Shown here piece after piece: positions 41,500 to 50,471 of a stretch of DNA of 64,000 bases. Made by a program: the position numbers and the translations under genes. Source of the stretch: Clostridium sp. Lineage in GTDB: Bacteria; Bacillota; Clostridia; Oscillospirales; Acutalibacteraceae. The stretch's first letter is position 1. The number at the start of each line of letters is the position of its first letter. The stretch is from assembly GCA_031272895.1 (NCBI GenBank), contig JAISSW010000016.1, positions 159,098-223,097 on the forward strand, written 5' to 3'. Below the pieces are notes generated by a model. The model worked only from the letters and a program-made list of their open reading frames with translations, had not been told where the DNA came from and searched no databases.

Positions 41500-42918
41500 A
41501 TGGGCAAGGTGCAGGAGTTAATCGCCGGGATTCGCGAGAATGAGCGTAACCCGGAGAAGATGAAGCTGAATGAATACATCTCCTACGCGCTTGGCAGTTT
41601 TTCTTTCCGCTCAATGAGCAAAATGTGCAGCGATTATGTGCTGCAGTTTTATCTTTCAATCGGCTTGGGCAACAAGCGCAGCGGGCAAATTATTGCCGGC
41701 ACCAAAATTTGGGACGCAATAAACGACCCGATTGCCGCAACAATTATTGATAACGGCGGCAGGCACGGCGACCGCTTTAAGCCCTATATTACCAAGCTGG
41801 TGCCGCTGCTGGCGGTGCTTTCGCTGCTGATGTTCCTGCGCCCGCCAATGGACAGCCCCTCCTTTATGGTGGGCTGGTGCGTTATTATTTATGTTCTGTG
41901 GGAAACGACAAACACTTTCAGCTCCGTTTCCTTTCAGGCAATAGCCACGGTCATGTCCTCGGACCCGGTGGAGAGAACAAGCTACTTCACCATCGGCGGC
42001 ATAGGCGAAAAAATAGCCGACGGGCTGCCCGGGCTGCTGCCTGTGTTCATGGGGCTTGCAATGCCGTTTATGTCCGAAAGCACGTTTTACACCTGCTGCG
42101 CGGCGCTGTTCGGTGTGCTTGGCTGCGCCGCCGGGCTTTTCACCACCAACCTTAAGGAACGCATTGCGCCGGAAAAAAAGCCCCAGCACGTTTGGGACAG
42201 CTTTGTTACTTTCTTCAAAAACAAGCAGCTGCTGCTTCTGTGGAGCAGCAACCTTTCTTGGGCCGTTTCCACCATAGGCTGGTCGGTAGGCGGGCTTTTC
42301 TTCAAGGACGCCGTGGGCAATTACGGCTACCAAACCCTGATTTGGACGCTGACGGGTCTGCCCGCCTTTTTCGCCTCCTGGCTCTCTCCCCTTTTCCTAA
42401 AGCGCTTTAAGCCAAGCCGTATCGTTATCTTCAATAACATCCTCAACGCCGGCTGCTGCATTCTTATGTATTTTATTGTTGGAAGAATGGGCTATAATAC
42501 CGGCGCCGGAATGGCTGTGCTTATCGGCTTTTTGCTCGTTGGTTCAATACCCGGCGGCGTGAGCGGAATAGCCCAGCGTGTTTGCCAGGTTAACACCTTT
42601 GATTACATGGAGCTGAAAACCGGTCAGCGGGCGGAGGCGACAAGCCTTGTTGCAACGGGTATGCTCACCAAGGGAGTTGCGGCAATCGGCAACCTGCTTT
42701 TGGGTTATGCCCTTGATTCAATCGGTTATGTCGGCACGGCGGGTACAATGCAAACCCAGGAGGCTAAGGACGGGCTTTTCCTGTTCTACGCCGTTTTCCC
42801 GGCAATCGGCACCTTGATTTCCACTATACCCTACCTGTTCTTCAAGTTAGAGGGCAAATATTATGATAACATAATGGCGGAGCTTAAAGAGAAGCGCGGG
42901 CTTTCCGCCGAAGAATAA
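41500..42918 (+). CDS. Glycoside-pentoside-hexuronide (GPH):cation symporter family transporter
   Basis: ATG at 41500 (MGKVQELIAG...). The protein is polytopic. WDAINDPIAATIIDN matches the GPH motif DxxxDPxxG. Confidence 0.7.
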   Translation: MGKVQELIAGIRENERNPEKMKLNEYISYALGSFSFRSMSKMCSDYVLQFYLSIGLGNKRSGQIIAGTKIWDAINDPIAATIIDNGGRHGDRFKPYITKLVPLLAVLSLLMFLRPPMDSPSFMVGWCVIIYVLWETTNTFSSVSFQAIATVMSSDPVERTSYFTIGGIGEKIADGLPGLLPVFMGLAMPFMSESTFYTCCAALFGVLGCAAGLFTTNLKERIAPEKKPQHVWDSFVTFFKNKQLLLLWSSNLSWAVSTIGWSVGGLFFKDAVGNYGYQTLIWTLTGLPAFFASWLSPLFLKRFKPSRIVIFNNILNAGCCILMYFIVGRMGYNTGAGMAVLIGFLLVGSIPGGVSGIAQRVCQVNTFDYMELKTGQRAEATSLVATGMLTKGVAAIGNLLLGYALDSIGYVGTAGTMQTQEAKDGLFLFYAVFPAIGTLISTIPYLFFKLEGKYYDNIMAELKEKRGLSAEE

Positions 42919-42923
42919 AAGCC

Positions 42924-44066
42924 CTACAGCCTTGCGGCAAGCCTGCCGCCAAACGCCGCCTTAAAATCCGCGAGAGTGCCGTTATCCAGCACCTCGCGGA
43001 TTTTTGTTAAGAGATTATTGTAGAACCAAAGGTTATGGCTTACGGCAAGGCGCATTCCCAGCATTTCGTTAGCCTTAAGCAGATGACGTATATACGCCCT
43101 GCTGTGTCCCTGAGAGCAGGCGGGGCAGCCGCAGCCTTGCTCTATTGGCTCCGGGTCACTCTGGTATTTTGCGTTGTTAAGGTTGCGTATGCCCTCCCAA
43201 GTAAACAAATGCCCGTGGCGGGCGTTGCGGCTTGGCATAACGCAATCAAACAAATCAATACCTCTGCTTACAGCCTCGAGTATGTTTGCGGGGGTGCCCA
43301 CCCCCATAAGGTAGCGGATTTTATCCCGCGGCATATGCGGCTCCACCGCGGTTATTATGCGGTACATTTCCTCCGTCGGCTCTCCCACCGCAAGCCCGCC
43401 TATGGCGTAGCCGTCCAAGTCCAGCGCGGCAATTTCCTCCATATGGGCTATGCGCAGCTCGTCAAAGGTGCAGCCCTGGTTTATTCCAAAAAGCAGCTGC
43501 CCCCTGTTTAGGGTTTCCGGCAGGGAATTCAGCCGTTCCATTTCCTGCTTGCAGCGTATCAGCCAGCGTGTCGTCCTTTGGCAGGAAAGCCTTGCGTATT
43601 CAAGCGTAGCCGGGTTTTCCACACATTCGTCAAACGCCATGGCGATTGTTGAGCCAAGCGCCGACTGGATTTGCATACTCTCCTCCGGCCCCATGAACAG
43701 CGCGCGCCCGTCAATATGCGATTTGAAACGCACTCCCGCCTCGCTTATTTTTCTCAGCTCCGCCAAGCTGAACACCTGAAAGCCGCCGGAATCCGTGAGG
43801 GTAACTCCACCCCAGCCCGTAAAGCCGCGCAAGCCGCCAAGCCCGCGCACCACAGTCTCTCCGGGGCGCAGGTGCAGGTGATAGGTATTGCAAAGCATTA
43901 TTTGGCAGTTAAGCTCTTCAAGGTCACGCGCCCCAAGCCCGCCGCGTATTGCCGCCGCTGTCGCCACATTCATGAAAGCGGGTGTTTGCACCGTGCCGTG
44001 AGCCGTAACAAGCTCCCCGCGCCGTGCTTTGTCCTCCTGCCCCAGCAGACGGAAGGGCTTGCTCAC
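42924..44066 (-). CDS. tgt: Queuine tRNA-ribosyltransferase (tRNA-guanine transglycosylase)
   Basis: 380 aa. Motifs: TPAFMNVAT, LTDSGGFQV and GLAVGE. The zinc site is CxCxxC (CGCPAC). Confidence 0.95.
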   Translation of the reverse strand: MSKPFRLLGQEDKARRGELVTAHGTVQTPAFMNVATAAAIRGGLGARDLEELNCQIMLCNTYHLHLRPGETVVRGLGGLRGFTGWGGVTLTDSGGFQVFSLAELRKISEAGVRFKSHIDGRALFMGPEESMQIQSALGSTIAMAFDECVENPATLEYARLSCQRTTRWLIRCKQEMERLNSLPETLNRGQLLFGINQGCTFDELRIAHMEEIAALDLDGYAIGGLAVGEPTEEMYRIITAVEPHMPRDKIRYLMGVGTPANILEAVSRGIDLFDCVMPSRNARHGHLFTWEGIRNLNNAKYQSDPEPIEQGCGCPACSQGHSRAYIRHLLKANEMLGMRLAVSHNLWFYNNLLTKIREVLDNGTLADFKAAFGGRLAARL

Positions 44067-44467
44067 GCTTTTTCCCTCTCGCGCACAAGCGTGCGCAGCA
44101 CACCGTTAACAAAGCCGGCGTCGCTTTCCTCCCCAAAACGGCGGCTTAGCTCAACACATTCGTTAATAGTCGCCCCGTCGGGGATATCGTCGCAATAAAG
44201 GATTTCCGTAACGCCAAGGCGCAGCGCCGCCAGCGCCACGCGGGACAGCCTGCCGCGGCTCCAGTTTTCCGTCAGTCGCTCTATTGTTTCGTCTATTGTG
44301 TAAAGATGCTCCCAAGCACTCTCCGCAAGGCGCAGGGTGAACTTATTGTTCTTCATCGAACCGTTTTGGAGCGAAAGCTCCGTCAGAACACCAAGGTCGG
44401 CGTCCGGGTGGAAGGATTTTTCAAACAAAAGGGCAAATGCCTGCTCCCTTGCCTCAGAACGTGTCAT
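44063..44467 (-). CDS. nusB: Transcription antitermination factor NusB
   Basis: 134 aa. Starts MTRSEAREQAFALLFEK and continues LRLGVTEILYCDDIPDGATINECVELSRRFG. RBS GGGAGG. 4-nt overlap with tgt. Confidence 0.9.
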   Translation of the reverse strand: MTRSEAREQAFALLFEKSFHPDADLGVLTELSLQNGSMKNNKFTLRLAESAWEHLYTIDETIERLTENWSRGRLSRVALAALRLGVTEILYCDDIPDGATINECVELSRRFGEESDAGFVNGVLRTLVREREKA

Positions 44468-44539
44468 AATGCGCCTCCCTATGGTGTATTACTCTTAAAA
44501 GTATACCATATTATCGGGAGAAACGCAAGAAGCAAGCAC

Positions 44540-45226
44540 TTACGGGGCAGTGATTGCCGCGCTTATGCAGTCCACAAAGGCGGCGTTGGCGGCTTCCCCG
44601 TTCAGGTGAATCCCGTCGCCCGCAAGGTATTCGCTATGCTCCTTGGCTATTGCCTCCCAATCCGCAACACGCACGTTCCCGTAATAATCCGGCAGGGCGC
44701 GTATTTTTTCCGCAAGAGCGGGCGTCCGCAGCGTGCCGTAGCCCGTGACGAACACAACCCTTTTAACGTCCTGCAGCAAAAACAGCATTTCCTCCATGGC
44801 GGTAAGGGTGTTGTCGTTGATGTTTGTTGCAAGCTCCACAACAACAACCTTCGGCATTTTTTTGACGTAGGTAGCCCGCATGGCGGCATTAAGCCCCCCG
44901 TCCATGAAGCGCCCTACCTCCGCGTCCACCGTCGCCTTGGGGTAAAGCTCCAATATTTTGTTTGTCGCCCCCACCATCAGGGAGTCCCCGATAAAAACAA
45001 GCTCGCCGTCGCCGTCAATATCCACCAGCACCCCGTCGTTATAGGGCGGGCGGGTTTCTTCCTCTTCCTGCTCACCCAGCTGCTGCAAAAAGCTCAGGTC
45101 AATATATCCCCCGCCGACCAAGCCGCTGAAGGCAAAGCCCGCCGCCAGCACAAGCAAGCAGACGAAAGCTATGATAAAGCCCTTGGGGATTCCGGTTCGT
45201 TTCTTTCTCTTTGCCTCGTTAGCCAA
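44540..45226 (-). CDS. Membrane-anchored SGNH/GDSL-like hydrolase-fold protein
   Basis: TTG start at 45226 (RBS AGAGGTG). It has an N-terminal TM segment and a FIGDSLMVGA block. The C-terminal GDGIHLN is reminiscent of the SGNH DxxH block. Confidence 0.5.
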   Translation of the reverse strand: MANEAKRKKRTGIPKGFIIAFVCLLVLAAGFAFSGLVGGGYIDLSFLQQLGEQEEEETRPPYNDGVLVDIDGDGELVFIGDSLMVGATNKILELYPKATVDAEVGRFMDGGLNAAMRATYVKKMPKVVVVELATNINDNTLTAMEEMLFLLQDVKRVVFVTGYGTLRTPALAEKIRALPDYYGNVRVADWEAIAKEHSEYLAGDGIHLNGEAANAAFVDCISAAITAP

Positions 45227-45244
45227 GGCGATTCACCTCTAATG

Positions 45245-46519
45245 TCATCTTAAAATCAATTCTTCCCGCCGCGGACCGACCGAAACCATGGTTACCGGCA
45301 GCTCCAGCTCTTTTTCTATGAACAGCACATAGTCCTTGGCGTTTTGCGGCAGCTCGTCAAAGGAGGTTATTCCCCTGAGCGGCGCACCGAAGCCCGGCAG
45401 TGTTTTTAGCACCGGCTTTGCCTTGGCAAGCTTTGGGGTGACGGGAAAATCCCTTGTGATTTCGCCGTCAAGTTCATAGCCCACGCAAACCTTAATCTCG
45501 TCCAAATAGCTAAGGCAGTCAATGGCCGTCAGCACCACCTGCGTAGCCCCCTGCACCGCACAGCCGTAACGGCTTGCCACGCAGTCGAACCAGCCCATTC
45601 GGCGCGGACGGCCCGTTGTTGCGCCGAATTCACCCGCGTCACCGCCGTGTGTGCGCATTGCGTCCGCCTCTTCGCCGAAGATTTCGCTTACAAACTCGCC
45701 CGCGCCAACAGCGCTGGAATACGCCTTTGTTACCGCAATCACTTCTTTGATTGCCCAGGGCGGCACACCCGCTCCAACGGCACCGAAGCCCGCCAAAGTG
45801 GAGGAGCTTGTAACCATGGGGTAGATGCCGGCGTCGGGGTCCTTAAGGCTGCCAAGCTGCCCTTCCAGCAGGATTTGCTTGCCTGCCTTTTCCGCCTCGC
45901 GCAGGAGCTTGGCTGTGTCCGCAACGAAGGGGGCGACTATGTCGCGCTGGGCAAGCAGCTCGGCATAAAGCTCTTCCTCGTCCAAAAGCTCCTTATTATA
46001 AACATACTTCAAAATCAGGTTTTTATACTCGCAGGCCTTATGCACACGCTCGCGCAGCACCTCTTCGTCAAACAGCTCGCAGACCTGCAGCCCTATCTTT
46101 GAATACTTATCCGCGTAAAACGGCGCTATGCCGCTTTTGGTTGAGCCGAACGCCTTATCCGCCAGCCGCGCCTCCTCGTATGTATCAAGCAGGATGTGGT
46201 ACGGCAGCATAACCTGCGCACGCTCGGAAACAAGCAGCTTCGGCGCGGGAACACCGGCGTCCACAATAGAGCGGTACTCCTTGTCGAGCTTACGGATATC
46301 CAGCGCAACGCCGTTTGCGATTATATTGACCGTGTTCGGCTGAAAAACACCTGACGGCAGCAGGTGCAGCGCAAACTTGCCGTAGTTATTGATTATGGTA
46401 TGCCCGGCGTTCGCGCCGCCCTGAAAACGAACGACTATATCCGCCGCAGCCGCAAAATAATCCGTGATTTTGCCCTTGCCCTCGTCGCCCCAGTTGGCGC
46501 CAACTATCGCCTTAACCAT
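45245..46519 (-). CDS. purA: Adenylosuccinate synthase
   Basis: 424 aa. Motifs: VVGANWGDEGKGKITD, GGANAGHT and GTTGRPRR(M)GWFD. Confidence 0.95.
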   Translation of the reverse strand: MVKAIVGANWGDEGKGKITDYFAAAADIVVRFQGGANAGHTIINNYGKFALHLLPSGVFQPNTVNIIANGVALDIRKLDKEYRSIVDAGVPAPKLLVSERAQVMLPYHILLDTYEEARLADKAFGSTKSGIAPFYADKYSKIGLQVCELFDEEVLRERVHKACEYKNLILKYVYNKELLDEEELYAELLAQRDIVAPFVADTAKLLREAEKAGKQILLEGQLGSLKDPDAGIYPMVTSSSTLAGFGAVGAGVPPWAIKEVIAVTKAYSSAVGAGEFVSEIFGEEADAMRTHGGDAGEFGATTGRPRRMGWFDCVASRYGCAVQGATQVVLTAIDCLSYLDEIKVCVGYELDGEITRDFPVTPKLAKAKPVLKTLPGFGAPLRGITSFDELPQNAKDYVLFIEKELELPVTMVSVGPRREELILR

Positions 46520-46572
46520 GGTTCTCCGCCCCTTATAAGGAATTACGGGTGCTTTTTGCGCACACGATTGGT

Positions 46573-46601
46573 ATTATACCACAAAAGCTCCCTGCGCGCA
46601 A
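46573..46601 (-). promoter_or_regulatory. Sigma-A type promoter for purA (TTGCGC-17 bp-TATAAT, TG-extended)
   Basis: On the minus strand the sequence reads TTGCGCgcagggagcttttgtggTATAAT. Confidence 0.45.
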
Positions 46602-46646
46602 GGCTGCCGAACGCCCAAGCTGCAATTTTCCCCCCGCACAAGGCGC

Positions 46647-46675
46647 TTGACTACTCCGCGCGGCTGTGCTATAAT
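46647..46675 (+). promoter_or_regulatory. Consensus sigma-A promoter for the ferritin gene (TTGACT-17 bp-TATAAT)
   Basis: TTGACT at 46647-46652 and TATAAT at 46670-46675. Confidence 0.6.
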
Positions 46676-46714
46676 CTGCACTGTGGTCAAATCAATAGTC
46701 GGGAGGAAAATAAT

Positions 46715-47227
46715 ATGCTTAGCCCTGCAATCACAAAGGCTCTTAACGAACAGCTGAACAAGGAATTCTATTCGGCTTACCTGTACCTTTCAATGGCGAA
46801 CTACTACGACGACGAGGGGCTTAACGGCTTCCAAAACTGGATGGAAATCCAGGCACAGGAGGAGCGCTCCCACGCCATGCTGTTCAGGGAATACCTGCAG
46901 CAAAACGACGCGGAGGTTATCCTGGCGGCGATTGACGCGCCCGATGCCGATTTTTCCTCACGCATTGAGCCGCTTGAAAAGACCTTGGAGCACGAGCGCA
47001 AGGTTACCGCGTCAATCCACGCAATATATGCCCTTGCGTTTGATGAAAAGGACTTCCGCACAATGCAGTTTTTGGATTGGTTCGTCAGTGAGCAGCGTGA
47101 GGAGGAGCACAACGCCCAGGATATAATCAAATGGTTCAAGCTCTATGGACAGGACGCAAAGGGGCTTTATGACCTTGACGCAAAGCTGGCGGCAAGGGTG
47201 TTTTCTCCGCCCGGCCTGGTTCTTTAA
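46715..47227 (+). CDS. ftnA: Non-haem ferritin
   Basis: Internal ATG at 46715 (MLSPAITKALNEQLNKEFYSAYLYLSMANYY...EERSHAMLF). The ferroxidase-centre residues are visible. RBS GGGAGG. The upstream part of the track ORF overlaps purA in antisense. Confidence 0.85.
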   Translation: MLSPAITKALNEQLNKEFYSAYLYLSMANYYDDEGLNGFQNWMEIQAQEERSHAMLFREYLQQNDAEVILAAIDAPDADFSSRIEPLEKTLEHERKVTASIHAIYALAFDEKDFRTMQFLDWFVSEQREEEHNAQDIIKWFKLYGQDAKGLYDLDAKLAARVFSPPGLVL

Positions 47228-47243
47228 GCCTTAAAAGCGCCCA

Positions 47244-47280
47244 AAGGCGGACGGCTTCATGCTTGCCGTCCGCTTTTTTA
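47244..47280 (+). terminator. Intrinsic terminator of the ferritin gene
   Basis: Stem GCGGACGGC/GCCGTCCGC (9 bp, extended by A-T pairs) followed by TTTTTT. Confidence 0.7.
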
Positions 47281-47304
47281 GCCGCTTGCGGGCTTCTTCG
47301 GCTA

Positions 47305-47333
47305 TTGTTACGGGAGGCGAAATGTGCTATAAT
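47305..47333 (+). promoter_or_regulatory. Sigma-A promoter for dnaB-tilS (TTGTTA-17 bp-TATAAT, TGTGC-extended)
   Basis: TTGTTA at 47305-47310 and TATAAT at 47328-47333. It contains the shared 15-mer AAATGTGCTATAATT. Confidence 0.55.
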
Positions 47334-47362
47334 TAGCACAATATTGTGCGCGGGAGGGCGCT

Positions 47363-48751
47363 ATGGCGGATTTTCAGTTTTCCGACTTCAACCAAATTAA
47401 CCTGCCCTTTGCCCAAGAGGCGGAGCAAGCCGTTTTGGGCAGCATACTAAAGGATCCGGCCTGTATAAGCCAGGTTCAGCTTATTTTGCGCCCGGAGCAT
47501 TTTTATCTGCCGCAGCATCAGGCAATCTTCTCCCAAATGGTAAGAATAGAAACCATGGGCGGCAAAATCGACCCGCTCATCGTCCTTGACGCGCTTGTGA
47601 GCGACAAGGTTTATGACGACGCGGGCGGGCGGCAATATCTGTTCCAGCTGGCGCAGGCTGTGCCAAGCACTGTCAACGTGGAGCAATGGGCAAGGATTAT
47701 CCGCGAAAAATCCGTGCTGCGGGCGCTGATTGACGTATCGCGGCAAACAATAGAGTCCGCGGCGGCGCAGGCGGAGGACGCCGACACCCTGCTTGACGCC
47801 GCAGAGCAAAGGCTTTATGAGCTTCGCGGCGGCAGGGCTAACAACCTGCCCAGCAAGCTGATTGACGTTGTAACCGGGGAGGTCTATCCGCGGCTGCAGC
47901 TGCTGTCAGACCCAAAAACAGCTCAGGAGCTTAAAGGGCTTTCCACGGGCTTTTCCAATCTTGATTCCGTAATCGGCGGGCTGAATAAATCCGACTTGAT
48001 TATTTTGGGCGCCCGCCCCGCGGTGGGCAAAACCAGTGTTGCCCTTAACCTTGCGCGCAACGTGGCGGGTCACGGCAAAAAGGTTGTGTTCTTCAGCTTA
48101 GAGATGACAAAGCAGCAGCTTGCCCAGCGCGTTATGTCCTCCGAGGCAGGGATGGAGCTGTTCCGTATGCGCGACCCGGGACACATTGACAAGCGTGAGT
48201 GGCACAGCCTTAGCGACGCCATGCTTAAGCTGAAGGACGTGGAGCTTTATTTGGACGACACGTCAAACATAACCGTTTCAGAAATAAAGGCGCGTATTCG
48301 CCGCATGAAGAACGTGGGCTGCGTTTTTGTTGATTACCTTGGTCTTCTTGCCGGCGACCAAAAGGCTGAAAACCGTGTTCAGGAGGTTAGCAAAATAACC
48401 CGCTCCCTAAAAATGCTTGCTAAGGATATGAACATACCCGTGGTGGTGGCGGCGCAGCTCTCCCGCGCAAGCGAGCAGGGAGGCAAGCACCGCAAGCCGA
48501 TTCTTGCGGATTTGCGCGAATCAGGCTCCATTGAGCAGGACGCGGATATTGTACTCATGCTGCACCGCACGGAGTATAACCCGGAGGGGCAGGATATGCC
48601 TGAGCCAAACGGCGATATTTCCATGCTGGAGATTATTGTGGCGAAAAACCGCCATGGCGCCTGCAAGACACTCAGCTTCCACTTTGACGGCAAATACACC
48701 CGTATAACGCAAATTGCCGAGGGGGAGTTTGATTTTGATTATGACGACTGA
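47363..48751 (+). CDS. dnaB: Replicative DNA helicase (DnaB family; called DnaC in Bacillus)
   Basis: 462 aa. The N-terminus is PFAQEAEQAVLGSIL. Walker A is GARPAVGKTS. Also present: FSLEM and SGSIEQDADIV. Confidence 0.95.
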   Translation: MADFQFSDFNQINLPFAQEAEQAVLGSILKDPACISQVQLILRPEHFYLPQHQAIFSQMVRIETMGGKIDPLIVLDALVSDKVYDDAGGRQYLFQLAQAVPSTVNVEQWARIIREKSVLRALIDVSRQTIESAAAQAEDADTLLDAAEQRLYELRGGRANNLPSKLIDVVTGEVYPRLQLLSDPKTAQELKGLSTGFSNLDSVIGGLNKSDLIILGARPAVGKTSVALNLARNVAGHGKKVVFFSLEMTKQQLAQRVMSSEAGMELFRMRDPGHIDKREWHSLSDAMLKLKDVELYLDDTSNITVSEIKARIRRMKNVGCVFVDYLGLLAGDQKAENRVQEVSKITRSLKMLAKDMNIPVVVAAQLSRASEQGGKHRKPILADLRESGSIEQDADIVLMLHRTEYNPEGQDMPEPNGDISMLEIIVAKNRHGACKTLSFHFDGKYTRITQIAEGEFDFDYDD

Positions 48752-49724
48752 AGAAAGCGTCAGGGCGTGTGTATTGCGGCGCGGGCTGCTTAAGGCGGGC
48801 GACAGAGTTATTGTGGGGGTGTCCGGCGGCGCGGATTCCCTCTGTCTGCTTTACAGCCTTTTTTCTTTGCGCGGGGAGCTTGGGCTTGCCGGGCTGCGGG
48901 CTGCGCACGTCAACCATGGGCTGCGCGGCGCTCAAGCGGACGGGGACGAGGAGCTTACCCGCCGCCACTGCGCTAAGCTGGGAATACCGCTCGAGGTGCT
49001 GCGGGTTAACTGCGCGGCGGAGGCAAAAAAGCGCAAAATCGGCGTTGAGGAGTGCGGGCGCATACTGCGCTACGGTTTTTTTGAGGAGCAGGCGAACGGA
49101 GCTAAAATCGCCCTTGCCCACACCCTGAGCGACCGCTGCGAAACCCTGCTGTTCAACCTTGCAAGGGGCTGTTCGGCAAGGGGGCTGCTCTCTATTCCGT
49201 ATTCACGGGAGGAGGGCACGGCGACGGTTATACGTCCGCTGCTTGACACCACCCGCGCACAGGTTGAGGAATACTGCGCCCGCGGCGGTATTGAATACGC
49301 AACGGACGCCAGCAACGCGGACACGGCGTATTCCCGCAACCGCCTGCGAGCGGAGGTTATGCCGCAGCTGAGGGAGCTTAATCCTCGGTATGAACAGGCG
49401 TTCCTTCGTATGTTCAACTCAGTGGAAAATGATGTGGAATACCTTGAAAACAGCGCCGAGGAGCTGCTTTGCGGCTGTGTGCTGCACGGCAAGGAGCCAA
49501 ACGGAATCGGCATGGTGCTCGATGCCCGTGCTTTGCTTGCCGCGCCTGAGCCTATACTCGGCAGGGCGCTGAGGCTGCTGCTTGAGCGGGTGGGAGCGCC
49601 GGTTACCGCCACGGCGCTGGAGCGTCTGCGCGGGGTGCTTGCCGGCGGAAGGACTTCCTTGGGGGGTAATGTGCTTGCGGCTTGTTCGGGTTCGGCGCTC
49701 AGCTTTGGGCGGGAGAGGCGTTAG
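48741..49724 (+). CDS. tilS: tRNA(Ile)-lysidine synthase
   Basis: PP-loop VGVSGGADSLCLL, followed by AHVNHGLRG and AHTLSD. I prefer the ATG at 48741 (MTTEES), which overlaps the dnaB end by 11 nt. At 327 aa it is short for TilS, lacking the long C-terminal domain. Confidence 0.8.
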   Translation: MTTEESVRACVLRRGLLKAGDRVIVGVSGGADSLCLLYSLFSLRGELGLAGLRAAHVNHGLRGAQADGDEELTRRHCAKLGIPLEVLRVNCAAEAKKRKIGVEECGRILRYGFFEEQANGAKIALAHTLSDRCETLLFNLARGCSARGLLSIPYSREEGTATVIRPLLDTTRAQVEEYCARGGIEYATDASNADTAYSRNRLRAEVMPQLRELNPRYEQAFLRMFNSVENDVEYLENSAEELLCGCVLHGKEPNGIGMVLDARALLAAPEPILGRALRLLLERVGAPVTATALERLRGVLAGGRTSLGGNVLAACSGSALSFGRERR

Positions 49725-49799
49725 TGAGGATATTTTGCTTGCTAATCGGCAGGAGCTATGGTACAATAAAACAAATCATACCTTAGCGGGGGGATTACA

Positions 49800-50285
49800 A
49801 TGAGCTATAATATAGCGCTTGCAAAAGAAATTGACCTTTATTTGGACAGCCAGGAGTGGCATTATACCTTTGACCCGGAAAAGGGCATATTTGATTTTGC
49901 CATGAACATAGGCGGCAAGCTTAACCGCGTGTTTATCAAAATCCTTGTTGGGGAAAAGCATTTCAGCGTATACGCCGTGGCTCCCATGCACGCGGACGAA
50001 AGCGACGCAAAAAGCTTTGCGCTTGTTAACGAATACCTGACGCGGGCAAATTACGGTCTGCGCACGGGTAACTTTGAGCTTGATTACTACGACGGCGAGA
50101 TGCGCTACAAGGCCTCCCTCTTTTGCGCAGATAAAATACCCACGGAGGAAATTATTGCCCATGTGGTGGATATTCCTTTCCTTATGTGGGCGCGTTACGG
50201 CAACGGTATGCTCAATGTGCTTTATGGCGGCAAAAACCCGGCTGAGGAAATTGAGAAGGCGGAATCCCGGGACAGCGACGACTAA
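49800..50285 (+). CDS. YbjN-like (type III secretion chaperone-fold) domain protein
   Basis: 161 aa acidic protein. The pattern GIFDFAMNIGGKLNRVFIKILVGEKHFSVYAVAP...ALVNEYLTRANYGLRTGNFELDYYDGEMRYK resembles the YbjN family. Confidence 0.4.
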   Translation: MSYNIALAKEIDLYLDSQEWHYTFDPEKGIFDFAMNIGGKLNRVFIKILVGEKHFSVYAVAPMHADESDAKSFALVNEYLTRANYGLRTGNFELDYYDGEMRYKASLFCADKIPTEEIIAHVVDIPFLMWARYGNGMLNVLYGGKNPAEEIEKAESRDSDD

Positions 50286-50361
50286 AAGCGACCCCGCGGC
50301 GAAGAACCGCTGCAGCACCGTACTAAGGCACCGCTGAAAATATTTGGGCGGCCCGACACAA

Positions 50362-50398
50362 AAAAGCGCTGTGACTTGCTCATAGCGCTTTTATTTTG
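50362..50398. terminator. Bidirectional intrinsic terminator between convergent genes
   Basis: A 12-bp stem AAAAGCGCTGTG/CATAGCGCTTTT with one G-U pair and loop ACTTGCT, followed by ATTTTG. Confidence 0.65.
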
Positions 50399-50471
50399 AG
50401 TATAATCACCTGTCGGTTTCTTCACAGCCTTGTTTTGCGGCAGGAGCCCGCCGCCAATGCCTCTTCAGGTC

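Noticed and set aside
708-49766. Many long antisense or out-of-frame ORFs in the track. Examples: 740..1030, 4120..4800, 6341..6820, 8731..9651, 10269..10769, 12809..13357, 15826..16440, 32460..33017, 35860..36684, 41656..42333, 49070..49612, 57592..58182.
   Set aside because: They overlap clearly recognisable genes on the other strand or in another frame. Their products are Arg/Pro/Ala/Gly-rich low-complexity sequences typical of spurious ORFs in high-GC DNA. They lack an RBS.
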